Source: Verrucomicrobiia bacterium | GTDB taxonomy: Bacteria; Verrucomicrobiota; Verrucomicrobiia; Limisphaerales; UBA11358 | Assembly (NCBI GenBank): GCA_035605035.1 | Contig: DATNHI010000168.1 | Span: 1 to 37,833, forward strand | Direction: 5' to 3' | DNA length: 37,833 nucleotides | Shown here: positions 15,600 through 24,531 of the stretch, piece after piece | Layout of the letters: every line of letters starts with the position of its first letter | Numbering within the stretch: the first letter of the stretch is position 1 | Position numbers and translations under genes: made by a program | The notes under the pieces: model-generated | Told to the model about the DNA's origin: nothing | Database searches by the model: none | What the model saw: only the letters and a program-made list of their open reading frames with translations

Positions 15600-15608
15600 A
15601 AACGGGAT

Positions 15609-15626
15609 GAGCGGTTGTTGTGCCAG
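15609..15626 (-). promoter_or_regulatory. sigma54-type promoter candidate for the hypothetical + receiver operon
   Basis: The minus strand reads CTGGCAC-aacaa-CCGCT. The -24 box is perfect (complement of 15620-15625) and GC is at the correct -12 position (complement of 15611-12). It lies ~65 nt upstream of ATG 15543. Confidence 0.45.
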
Positions 15627-15687
15627 CAGGGGCGTGAGGCGGTTTTCCTGCATAAACCGATGTTTTTAAGCAGGCGGCCGCACGCGA

Positions 15688-17103
15688 ATGAAACAGATGG
15701 TTGGTCCATTTCAAGCCACAGGTGCTCCGCCAGGAGCCAACTCGGCCCGCCCGGCGGTGACGCTGCGCCTCGCCGGATTGGTGCTAATCGTATTGCTTGG
15801 CTCGATCCTGGTGGTCTGGGTCAGCCGCACAACCTGGGCCCGGATGGAACGTCTGCAGCTTGAGTTTGCCGGGTTGAATCCGGACAGCTTTTATCTGGGC
15901 GTTCGCATGAAAGGCGACATCCAGCGATTGAATAATCTCCTCCTCCGCTACCGTCTGCATGGCGAACCCGCCGCCTATGAGCTGTTCCTCGGCAATGTGC
16001 AGGAACTGACACAATGGTTCGAGGCAAATCGGACCAACGCCGTCACGCCTATGGAACATCAGTTTTTTGAGCAGATTGGAGGTGCTTACTACGATTACCT
16101 GAACGTGAGCACGAACCTGCTGGTGGCCGGCAACGGAATGCTCCAAACCAAGGTGGGGGCGTTTCCGACCAGCTACGAAAAAGTGCAACAACAGTCTGAG
16201 CATTTGCTGGACCTGTGTGATGCCTTCATCTACGGCCAGAAGCTGGCATTCAATGATTTTCTTCGGGAGTCGAACAACACGCTGACCACCTTCCAGCTAC
16301 TGGTCAAACTCTCCGTGGCGCTGCTGCTGGCACTCATCGCCGCTCTGGCCGTATTGGTTTATCGCGGCATGATTGCGCCGCTGCGCTTTAAATTGACCGA
16401 AAGCCAGGCCATCATCGCCCGGCAGGAAAAGCTCGCCTCTCTGGGCGTGCTGGCGGCGGGCGTTGCCCATGAAATTCGCAATCCGCTCACGGCCATCAAA
16501 TTCCGCCTCTACAGCCTGAGAAAGTCGTTGCCCGGCGCGGACAATGAAGATGCCCTGGTCATTGACAACGAAATCAGCCGCCTGGAACGCATCGTCAAGG
16601 ATTTCCTCCAGTTTGCCCGCCCTTCCGAGCCGGAACTGGTTGCCGTCCCGCCGCAACGCATCTTGCAGGAAGTCCACGACCTGCTGAAGCCGCAATTGGA
16701 AAAGTCGGCGATTGATTTGCAGTTGGAGCCGTCCGAAGCTGCCTGGGTGCAGGCGGATACCCAACAAATCAAGGAGGTTCTGATCAACCTGATTCAGAAC
16801 GCGGCAGACAGCATCGGGCGCAAAGGCGTCATCACGTTGCGTGCACACGACGAAAACGGCTCCACGATTCTGGAAGTTGCCGACACCGGAAAAGGGATTC
16901 CGGCCGAAGTGCAAAACCGTCTGTTCGACCCCTTTTTCACCACCAAGGAAGGAGGCACGGGACTGGGCCTTCCCATCGCGGCGCGAATCGTCGAGAAGCA
17001 CGGCGGCGACCTTCGTTACCAAACTCAACTCAATCGCGGCACCACCTTTGCCGTTGTCCTGCCGCACGCTCACGAACATGAATCCAAAAATTCTGCTGAT
17101 TGA
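15688..17103 (+). CDS. membrane sensor histidine kinase (NtrB/AtoS-like)
   Basis: 471 aa. Two TM segments bracket a ~170-aa periplasmic helical domain. The H-box is GVAHEIRNPLTAI, the N-box is LINLIQNAADS, and the G-boxes are DTGKGIP and GGTGLGL. Confidence 0.9.
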   Translation: MKQMVGPFQATGAPPGANSARPAVTLRLAGLVLIVLLGSILVVWVSRTTWARMERLQLEFAGLNPDSFYLGVRMKGDIQRLNNLLLRYRLHGEPAAYELFLGNVQELTQWFEANRTNAVTPMEHQFFEQIGGAYYDYLNVSTNLLVAGNGMLQTKVGAFPTSYEKVQQQSEHLLDLCDAFIYGQKLAFNDFLRESNNTLTTFQLLVKLSVALLLALIAALAVLVYRGMIAPLRFKLTESQAIIARQEKLASLGVLAAGVAHEIRNPLTAIKFRLYSLRKSLPGADNEDALVIDNEISRLERIVKDFLQFARPSEPELVAVPPQRILQEVHDLLKPQLEKSAIDLQLEPSEAAWVQADTQQIKEVLINLIQNAADSIGRKGVITLRAHDENGSTILEVADTGKGIPAEVQNRLFDPFFTTKEGGTGLGLPIAARIVEKHGGDLRYQTQLNRGTTFAVVLPHAHEHESKNSAD

Positions 17104-18502
17104 AGATGATGCCAGCACGGCTTCCTCCTTGAAAAAGGTCTTGTGCGCCGAGGGTTATCAAGTGGAAACCGCCGGCCGCGGTGACGCCGGTTTGGAACTG
17201 GCCCGTCAAAACGAGTACAGTGTCGTCATCTCGGACCTGCGGCTGCCCGGTTTGGGCGGGCTGGAGCTGGTGGCCCAACTCCATACCGCCAAGCCGAAGC
17301 AGCCGATCATCCTGATCACGGCGCATGGCACGACCGAGACGGCCATCGAAGCCACCAAGCTGGGGGCCTGCGATTATCTGCTCAAACCGTTTGAAGCGGA
17401 TGAACTGCTTGATTTGGTCGCATCGGCGGTCGCCAGCAGCCGGCTCATGTCCGAACCGGTGGAAATGGGCGAGGCCCGCATGGACCAATCGGCCATCATC
17501 GGCAAAAGCCGGGCGATGCAGGCAATCTACAAGGAAATCGGACGGGTCGCCGCCACGCCCGCCACGGTCCTGATTCGCGGCGCGACCGGGACCGGCAAGG
17601 AACTGATTGCGCGCGCGATTTACCAGCACAGCCTGCGCGCGGACAAACCGTTCATCGCCGTCAATTGCGCCGCCATCCCGGATGCGTTGCTGGAAAGCGA
17701 ATTATTCGGCCACGAACGCGGCGCGTTCACCGGCGCGCAGGCGCGGCGCGTTGGCCGTTTCGAGCAGGCACACGGCGGAACCATTTTTCTGGATGAGATT
17801 GGTGATTTAAACGCGAACACCCAGGGCAAACTGTTGCGTGTGCTTCAGGAACGCTGCATCCAGCGGCTCGGCAGCGAGGTCAACGTCCCCGTGGATGTCA
17901 GGGTGCTGGCCGCCACCCATCGCGAACTGGAAACTGCCATCAAAGAAAAGGAATTTCGTGAGGACCTGTTCTATCGCCTGAGTGTCGTCACCATCGCGCT
18001 GCCGCCGTTGAGCGAGCGTACGGAAGACATTCCGGAACTGGCGAAATACTTTATCCATCGTTATGGAAAGGAGCTTGGCCTCGAGTCTCCCTCCGTGCAA
18101 CCCGAAGCCATTTCGTTGCTGCAAAACCAGCCGTGGCCGGGCAATGTGCGCGAACTGGAAAACGTCATCCGCCAGACGTTGTTGGCGGCGCGGCCATTTG
18201 GCATCAGCCTGGAACACGTGCAGCAGGTGCTGGCCAAAATCCGGAAACCTGTGGCCGCCTCCCAACAGACCCACGCCGCCTACATCACCGAACTGCTCAG
18301 CCGCGCGCAAAGCGGCGACACCCACGATGCTTACTCGCGCATGATCGCGGATCTCGAACCGGAATTATTCAAGCAGGCCATTCAGTTGGCGCAAGGCAAT
18401 CAATCCAAGGCGGCCCGCTGGCTGGGCATCGGCCGGATGCGGTTGCGGGAAAAGTTGGTCCAGTTCGGTTTGGCCGTCGGCCGGGAAGAACAAAACAAAT
18501 AG
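17078..18502 (+). CDS. sigma54-dependent response regulator (NtrC-family bacterial enhancer-binding protein)
   Basis: ATG at 17078-17080 (MNPKILLIEDD) overlaps the kinase 3' end by 26 nt. It has a REC domain (VISDLRLPGLGG). The AAA+ domain has Walker A GATGTGKE, the GAFTGA loop (ERGAFTGA) and Walker B IFLDEIGD. The C-terminal HTH is NQSKAARWLGIGRMRL. Confidence 0.95.
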   Translation: MNPKILLIEDDASTASSLKKVLCAEGYQVETAGRGDAGLELARQNEYSVVISDLRLPGLGGLELVAQLHTAKPKQPIILITAHGTTETAIEATKLGACDYLLKPFEADELLDLVASAVASSRLMSEPVEMGEARMDQSAIIGKSRAMQAIYKEIGRVAATPATVLIRGATGTGKELIARAIYQHSLRADKPFIAVNCAAIPDALLESELFGHERGAFTGAQARRVGRFEQAHGGTIFLDEIGDLNANTQGKLLRVLQERCIQRLGSEVNVPVDVRVLAATHRELETAIKEKEFREDLFYRLSVVTIALPPLSERTEDIPELAKYFIHRYGKELGLESPSVQPEAISLLQNQPWPGNVRELENVIRQTLLAARPFGISLEHVQQVLAKIRKPVAASQQTHAAYITELLSRAQSGDTHDAYSRMIADLEPELFKQAIQLAQGNQSKAARWLGIGRMRLREKLVQFGLAVGREEQNK

Positions 18503-18552
18503 TTTCACCTCGAGTCATTGTGGCCCGGTCGAATCCACCTCTGCTGCCAAAT

Positions 18553-18569
18553 GTGCCAGCCGCCGGCAC
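18553..18569. promoter_or_regulatory. candidate enhancer (UAS) palindrome
   Basis: GTGCC-N7-GGCAC is a perfect inverted repeat centred ~62 nt upstream of the GG of the 18622 promoter box. Confidence 0.3.
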
Positions 18570-18621
18570 GCCGAAGTTCAAATTCCGTAGATAATTCGTG
18601 GTTTTGTCCGGTTTTCGCAGG

Positions 18622-18637
18622 GGGCATGGAATCTGCA
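18622..18637 (+). promoter_or_regulatory. sigma54-type promoter candidate for the triple-repeat secreted protein
   Basis: GGGCAT-ggaat-CTGCA, with GG at 18623-24 and GC at 18635-36 (GG-N10-GC). It lies ~140 nt upstream of ATG 18775 and directly downstream of the activator gene. Confidence 0.5.
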
Positions 18638-18774
18638 AATTATGCACACAGCCAGTCGAGTAGCTGGCCTGCGCAATCAAGCGCCTGTTGGAATTTAACC
18701 CCGTTCAGGCGCGGCGCTGGCACCGTACAAGACTGATCCGGCAAGTAAAACGCTTGCTGAACGAAAGGAATCAA

Positions 18775-19593
18775 ATGAAAACGTCAGTCATGCGGATGGC
18801 AGTAGTGGCGGGCATGGCGTTCAACCTGATTTGCGCCAGTCCCACCAAGGGCGATGAATCGGCACCGGTTCAAAAAGACAAGATTTTCAAGGGCACTGTG
18901 ACTGCGGTTGACCAGAAGGAAAAGACGGTCTCGGCCAGGGACTTCTGGGGCACCAAAACCTTCAATGTCGCCGATAATTGCAAAGTGTCACTGGAAGACC
19001 AGCCGGCAGCCTCACTGGGGGAATTGCGTCCTGGCCAAAAGGTGGAGGTCGGCTATGAAAACGCACATGGTGTGCTGGTGGCAAACCGGGTCGCCCAGCA
19101 CAACCTGGTTTTTACCGGCTACATCAGCGCGATTAACCCCGCCAAACGAACGCTGACCATCAAGCATGGCTCGTTCAGCCGCGACTTCGCCGTCCCCGAA
19201 AACTGCGTGGTGGTCATCAGGGACAACAACACAAAAACCCTGGATGACCTGAAGGTCGGGCACACGGTCAATGTGGTTTATGAATCGGCGAATGGTTCCC
19301 CGCTGGCGCGGAGCATCGAGCAGAAAAGCCCCACGTTCGTGGGAACCATCCAGGCCATTGATGCCGAAACGCGAACGGTGAAGGCCAAGGACTTGCTTGC
19401 GGAGAAAACGTTCCACCTCGCTGACGGATGCCAGATTGTTGTTGGCGGCAAACCGGGCGGGAGCCTGAGTGATCTGCGCATTGGCGCCCGCTTTGCCTTC
19501 ACTTACGAAGACACGGATGGCGTGCTGGTGGTCAATCGGATTGGCTATGATGCGGCCTCCGCCAGCATGGAGAGCGCGCAGGCCGTGAAATGA
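18775..19593 (+). CDS. secreted protein made of three ~75-aa tandem repeats (DUF5666-like by eye)
   Basis: ATG at 18775 is preceded by AAAGGAA. The signal peptide is MKTSVMRMAVVAGMAFNLICA. The three repeats share F.G.i.a.d...rT...k......F.v...C.v........l.dL..G..v...YE...G........ Confidence 0.75.
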   Translation: MKTSVMRMAVVAGMAFNLICASPTKGDESAPVQKDKIFKGTVTAVDQKEKTVSARDFWGTKTFNVADNCKVSLEDQPAASLGELRPGQKVEVGYENAHGVLVANRVAQHNLVFTGYISAINPAKRTLTIKHGSFSRDFAVPENCVVVIRDNNTKTLDDLKVGHTVNVVYESANGSPLARSIEQKSPTFVGTIQAIDAETRTVKAKDLLAEKTFHLADGCQIVVGGKPGGSLSDLRIGARFAFTYEDTDGVLVVNRIGYDAASASMESAQAVK

Positions 19594-19667
19594 AAGCCAA
19601 TGACGCGTCTGGTTAACGCATATTTTCCGCATTGGTCCGTTTGACGCCGCTCAAATGCCACAGCGGG

Positions 19668-20336
19668 CTATGGCGGCGGCAGCACGTGGCCGGGAATCGA
19701 GCAGGTTGGCGGCAAGCCCACGGCATTAATCGTGTAAGTGCCGCCACCAGGACACACCGGGAAAGTCCCGCCTTTTAAATACGGCAGCAAATCCAGCGTG
19801 GTTGGAACGGATACATCGGTTTTGTTGTTCTCCAGCGCCCACTGCTGCTTGGCCGCGTCAATCTGGCGGAGGTTGTTGATACAGGTGTTGCGTTGAGCGG
19901 CTTCGGTTTGGGCCTGTTGTTGCGCTGCCGCCGCGGCGGCCCGTTGGGCTTGTTGGGCCGCGACTGCGTCCGCCTGCCAGGCCTGCAATGCATCCTGCTG
20001 CTCTTGCGTGACGAGATGTGCGGCCTTCAATTGCTGGGCCAACTGTTGGTTCGTTTGGGTCAACTGCTGACACGCTTCGGTCAACTCGCGGACCTGATTG
20101 CGCAGGCGAAGCAGGTCCTGATGTTCGCTGCGGAGGCGGGCGATTTCCACGGTTTGCCCCTCGACGTTGGAGGTTTTGCTCTGCTCCAATTCAGCGCGCA
20201 ATTGCTCAACCTGTTGTTTGGCGTCACGCGCGTCGGCCTGGGCCGCGCTTTTCTGCTGGTTGGCCGAAAAGAGGAGGAGTTCGCTGACTACCAGCGCGAC
20301 GATGCACAACCAGAGAACCCAGCGTTTCAGTGTCAT
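19668..20336 (-). CDS. TM-anchored coiled-coil protein with Cys-containing pilin-head-like C-terminal domain
   Basis: The track ORF starts at a TTG (20375). The ATG at 20334-20336 gives MTLKRWVLWLCIVALVVSELLLF (TM segment). About 130 aa of Q/A/E-rich coiled coil follow, then CINNLRQIDAAKQQWALENNK...LPYLKGGTFPVCPGGGTYTINAVGLPPTCSIPGH. Confidence 0.7.
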   Translation of the reverse strand: MTLKRWVLWLCIVALVVSELLLFSANQQKSAAQADARDAKQQVEQLRAELEQSKTSNVEGQTVEIARLRSEHQDLLRLRNQVRELTEACQQLTQTNQQLAQQLKAAHLVTQEQQDALQAWQADAVAAQQAQRAAAAAAQQQAQTEAAQRNTCINNLRQIDAAKQQWALENNKTDVSVPTTLDLLPYLKGGTFPVCPGGGTYTINAVGLPPTCSIPGHVLPPP

Positions 20337-20434
20337 GGTCAGGCTTCTTTTCGCCCTTTCGGCGGTCTCCGTCAAACAAGAAATTGCGCAAAGATCCGGA
20401 TGGGCGTTTCCCTGCGCTGTCAGCTCCCCGACTT

Positions 20435-22738
20435 TTAACCCGCGACGGTCAGCTCACGATGCGACTGCGTCTTCAACTGTTGGAGACGACCCCGCAGCGC
20501 GAACGTAAGCGCTTTGACTGTGATCTCCGGAGTGAGGAACGGTTTGCCAATCAGATCGTCGCCGCCGTTGCGGTTCATGCGGGCGCGCGCATCGAAATCG
20601 CTCCGGCCGGTCACAAACACCACGGGCGTGGCGCGGTTGAGAGCGGTATTGCGAATCCTCGAGCAGACCTCGAATCCGTCCATGCCGGGCATTACCACGT
20701 CCAGAAATATCACGTCGAACGGTTTTTCGGTCACCAGCGCCACCGCCGCTTCCCCGTTCTCCGCGCTCTCCGGCTTTTTAAAAGCCGTCTGCAGAGCGCC
20801 GACGAGCGCCCGGCGCGCCACGAGATCATCGTCCACCACCAACAGGTGAATCGGCGGATTGACGGCCAGGTCCGCTTTCAGTCCCGGCACACACAAGTCG
20901 TTGAGCAAATCCACCGCAGAGGCGAGAGTGGCCAGCACGGACGGCGTGGCATGTTCGGAATGCTGCAGCATTTTTCTGAGCAGTCCTTCCAGCGCGGCGC
21001 TCAGGTGATAAGCCGGATGCGCCACTGCGGGGCCGGACCTGGGAACCAATGAATTAATGCGAAGGAAACCATCCACCAGCAGGGTCTGCCGCGTCTCCTT
21101 GTTCGAGACTTGAAGAACCGTCTGGCAGAGTTCCCACAACGGTTCCAGGTGTCTGGACGCGCGAATCAAGAAGGCACTGATAATCTCGTCGGTCTCCGCC
21201 GGCAGCGCCGCCGGCGGCAGCCGCCGGGCGATGGTGGAATCCGGGACGGGACATGGACCATCCGTGACCGCCACGAGGGAATCCGCCGTTTCCGGGTCCG
21301 TGCCAGGTTCCGGGAGAGGTTTCTGAGCGTGTCCCCGGAGACGGCGGTGCAACGCGAGGGTGAGCGCCTTGACTGTCACTTCAAAAGCAAGAAACGGTTT
21401 TCCCATCAGATCGTTGCCGCCGCTGAGAGTTGACTTGCAGCGCGCTTCAAAGTCGCTCTGGACCGTGACAAAGACAACCGGAGTGGTGCGATTGAGAACG
21501 GTGTCACGTATTTTGGTGCAAAGTTCAAAGCCATCCATGCCCGGCATTTGCACGTCGAGGAAAATGACGTCGTAAGCCTGCCTGGAGGCCTGGGCCAAAG
21601 CCGTTTCGCTATCCTCTGCCAGGTCCGGCTGGCTGAACGCCTTTCGGAGCGAGTGTGACAGGGCCTGGCGGCTTATCATGTCGTCATCAACGACGAGAAG
21701 CTTGAAGGGGTGATCCGACAGCAGCGCCGGCTGCAATCCCGGCATACATAAGTCATTGAGCAAATCCAAGCCGCCGGCAACGGTTCGCAGCGTGGAAGGC
21801 GTAATACTTTTCGGCGTGCCGGCGAGTTGTTTCAGAAGTCCTTCCAGTGCTGATGCCACCTGCCATACGGGAAGCGCCTCCGGAAAACCGGCTTCGCCTT
21901 TCAGCACGCCCATCTCAAAATATAAATACGTCAGCATTCGTCGCCGGGCCATATCACTCGACTCCCGGCTGATGTCCTGCAACAGCTTCCGCTGCGCGCC
22001 GAGGCGCTTTTGCATTTCCGCGTAAAATTCACTGACCGGATCGGTCTGTCTGGACAGATCGGTAACCGCCGAGCGTGACGGACCGACCCGGAACGTTTCA
22101 ACAAACTTGCCAAAGGCTTCTTCCTCCGCGCGAATTTTTGCCAAAAGTTCCGTTTTGGCGGCCGGGGCAAGCCCCCACGAATTGAACCGCTGATCCACGT
22201 CGCCGGGCCGCTGCGGGCCAAACCTTCGGATAACCAGAAATCCGGTTAAAACGACAGCGGCACCAAACAAAAGGACCTCTAAGACGATTCCGGATGAGGC
22301 GCGTGGAGGCGGTGGCGGTGGCGCTTCCTTTTTCGGACCATTGATCAAAATTGCGGAGGTGGACCGCGGAATATTTCTGCCAACCGCGCCAGGGATGGGC
22401 ACACGATTCCGGTAGTGCTCCTGGCGTTCTTTGGCAATGCTATGGTCCATCTCCCATCGAATGGACCCCGGTTCCGGTGGCGGCGTCTCGAATTCGCTGG
22501 TATTCGTATCCGCGGTTCCGGGCAATGGCAGGCACCAAAGTCCCGCCGTGAAGAGAATCAGAGACGCATTAATCCACGCAGCCCGGGCCACACCGGGAAC
22601 CGATCGCCGGGCAAATTCCCTCGCCGCCATTCTGAACTGGTTTAGCAGCCCAAATGGAATCATCCGGACAGCCGCTTGCGCGCGCAAGCCGGCCGCCAAT
22701 CTGTCGAATGCCGATTTCGGTCCCATTTTCCCGATCAT
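20435..22738 (-). CDS. membrane protein with two tandem (Hpt-like + receiver) modules
   Basis: 767 aa with two hydrophobic segments in the first 170 aa. There are two REC domains (LLVVDDDMISRQAL...VIFLDVQMPGMDGFE...GKPF and LLVVDDDLVARRAL...VIFLDVVMPGMDGFE...GKPF). Each is preceded by a four-helix Hpt-like segment (...ALEGLLKQL...LDLLNDLCMPG and ...ALEGLLRKML...VDLLNDLCVPG). Confidence 0.85.
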   Translation of the reverse strand: MIGKMGPKSAFDRLAAGLRAQAAVRMIPFGLLNQFRMAAREFARRSVPGVARAAWINASLILFTAGLWCLPLPGTADTNTSEFETPPPEPGSIRWEMDHSIAKERQEHYRNRVPIPGAVGRNIPRSTSAILINGPKKEAPPPPPPRASSGIVLEVLLFGAAVVLTGFLVIRRFGPQRPGDVDQRFNSWGLAPAAKTELLAKIRAEEEAFGKFVETFRVGPSRSAVTDLSRQTDPVSEFYAEMQKRLGAQRKLLQDISRESSDMARRRMLTYLYFEMGVLKGEAGFPEALPVWQVASALEGLLKQLAGTPKSITPSTLRTVAGGLDLLNDLCMPGLQPALLSDHPFKLLVVDDDMISRQALSHSLRKAFSQPDLAEDSETALAQASRQAYDVIFLDVQMPGMDGFELCTKIRDTVLNRTTPVVFVTVQSDFEARCKSTLSGGNDLMGKPFLAFEVTVKALTLALHRRLRGHAQKPLPEPGTDPETADSLVAVTDGPCPVPDSTIARRLPPAALPAETDEIISAFLIRASRHLEPLWELCQTVLQVSNKETRQTLLVDGFLRINSLVPRSGPAVAHPAYHLSAALEGLLRKMLQHSEHATPSVLATLASAVDLLNDLCVPGLKADLAVNPPIHLLVVDDDLVARRALVGALQTAFKKPESAENGEAAVALVTEKPFDVIFLDVVMPGMDGFEVCSRIRNTALNRATPVVFVTGRSDFDARARMNRNGGDDLIGKPFLTPEITVKALTFALRGRLQQLKTQSHRELTVAG

Positions 22739-22785
22739 GCATGAAACTCAAGCGGACCGGCGGACATTTCCGCCGGCCATGGAAA

Positions 22786-24531
22786 TTATGGCGCCGTATT
22801 TTGGCCCGGAGGCACGGCGGCCCACTCGCCCCGAATCACCTGCAGCAAACTCGGTGTTTTCGGCGGAAGTTTGAGCGGGTTGTCAAAATTGGCGTCGTAA
22901 GCCCAGTTGCGGACCGGCGGGTTATAAACGTTGGCCATTCCCCAAACATTGGTGGCATAGAGGCTGGGGAACATCTTGATCATCGAACCATTATAGGTGA
23001 ATGGCACCGCTGTCCAGGTTTCCAGAAAACGCGGGAAATTTTCCATGCCGCCGCTGTAATGTCCCAACGTGGTATCAACCGCGCCGGTCAGAATGGCGGC
23101 GTTGACGGTGGTGGCTGACGCTTTTCGCGAGGTCAGCGCGCTGGTGCTGTTCGCGTCCGTCCAACTATCCGAGAGAACTGTGATGGCGTCGGCCACCAGC
23201 GAAGCCGGCCGGGTGGTGGAGGTGTTGGTCGTACCCAGATTCGCGGAGTTGAATTGGTTATAGTCTTTCCAAACGTAGAGCGGACGCCCGGTCGCTACCG
23301 TCAGCCCGTTCGGCGGCAGATTGGTTCCGTTGTACACCCGAACCGCTCTCAAACTGGTGGCCGGCAACGTGCGGCTATCCAGTACATAGACAGAACTAAG
23401 AATCAGATTCGACCCGATGGCAGAGTAACGCAGACTGGAATTGGTCTGGCTCCAGGCCGCGAGATTCCCGATGTTGATGTCAATGGGCATGACGGTTTTC
23501 CCCTCACGCGCATCCGAAAAGCTGTTTGCGGTTGAGACAAACGTCGCCAGCTCATTGGTCGGGATGGGGGTCGCAAAGTTATTAAAATGCCCGCTGGTGG
23601 CGCTGATTCCGGCAGCCGAAGCCACCACAACCATGTCGCATTGATTGTAATACCGCAGCCGGCCGATGGGTGAGTTGGGGTCTTCCCCGAAGGGTGGCGG
23701 CTCGATGATTTCCCGGACCGCTTGCGGCGTGTTGGTGCTTCCGATGGGCAGGGTCAAGGACGAAACGGGAAAAACCGGTTGATTGGTTTGCGCATAGACC
23801 ACGCTGCCGACCGGCGCGCCGCGGGTATCGAGCGGGTCGCGTTGAAACAGGACGCTGATAACCGCAGTGACACTGGATCCAAAAGTCAGGGAGCTGTCCG
23901 GTTCGACGTAGAGTTCCCCGTTGGAATGCACACGTCCGGTAACGGTGAAAGGCTGACCGCAACTGATTTCCAGTTCACCCGAGGAATACATGGCAAACTG
24001 GAAGATGGGGATGCTGGCCAACTGCAATTGCTGCAGGACCCCCCCGCTGACGCTCTGCGGGCTGGCCGTATCCTGCGCGTGTGAAGCGATCGCGTAGATC
24101 GAAGCATATCCTTTCAAGCCGGCGTAAGTCGAGTCCGCCACAATGTAGCTGGTTCCAGGCGAGCGCTGCACATAAGTTTGGCCACTATTCCCGTTACCGT
24201 CATCAAATTCCCAAGTGCTCCAGTATGAGGAGTCCGACGATGTGGGCACTGTGTTCTGGCGATAAGAGCTCAGGTTGTTGCTGACCAGGCTTTCGCCACC
24301 GTACAGGTAATCACTGTTCATTCGACTCACCACTTTTTCCGTGGCTGCCTCCGCGGCCGCGACCGAACGGTTATATTGGATGGAACGGTACGTCAATTGG
24401 GTGTTGCTGGCCGACCATGACATCGCCGCCGCCAGCAAGGCCAGGGCAATCGCGCTCAGGATCAGGGTCAGCATCAGGGCGCTTCCATTCTGATCCCGTT
24501 TGCGAGTGTGAAAGGTGGTTTTCATGTTCAT
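22786..24531 (-). CDS. large PilX/GspK-like minor pseudopilin (no Glu+5)
   Basis: 581 aa. The N-terminus QNGSALMLTLILSAIALALLAAAMSWSASN is PilX_N/GspK-like. The start overlaps the stop of the upstream pseudopilin gene (ATGA at 24528-24531). Confidence 0.7.
   Translation of the reverse strand: MNMKTTFHTRKRDQNGSALMLTLILSAIALALLAAAMSWSASNTQLTYRSIQYNRSVAAAEAATEKVVSRMNSDYLYGGESLVSNNLSSYRQNTVPTSSDSSYWSTWEFDDGNGNSGQTYVQRSPGTSYIVADSTYAGLKGYASIYAIASHAQDTASPQSVSGGVLQQLQLASIPIFQFAMYSSGELEISCGQPFTVTGRVHSNGELYVEPDSSLTFGSSVTAVISVLFQRDPLDTRGAPVGSVVYAQTNQPVFPVSSLTLPIGSTNTPQAVREIIEPPPFGEDPNSPIGRLRYYNQCDMVVVASAAGISATSGHFNNFATPIPTNELATFVSTANSFSDAREGKTVMPIDINIGNLAAWSQTNSSLRYSAIGSNLILSSVYVLDSRTLPATSLRAVRVYNGTNLPPNGLTVATGRPLYVWKDYNQFNSANLGTTNTSTTRPASLVADAITVLSDSWTDANSTSALTSRKASATTVNAAILTGAVDTTLGHYSGGMENFPRFLETWTAVPFTYNGSMIKMFPSLYATNVWGMANVYNPPVRNWAYDANFDNPLKLPPKTPSLLQVIRGEWAAVPPGQNTAP

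Noticed and set aside
18552-18560. TGTGCCAGC read as a minus-strand sigma54 -24 box, as at 15619-15627
   Set aside because: On the minus strand the dinucleotide 12 nt downstream is AG, not GC. Also, no minus-strand gene lies downstream because the activator gene ends at 18502 on the plus strand. I kept it only as half of a possible UAS palindrome.
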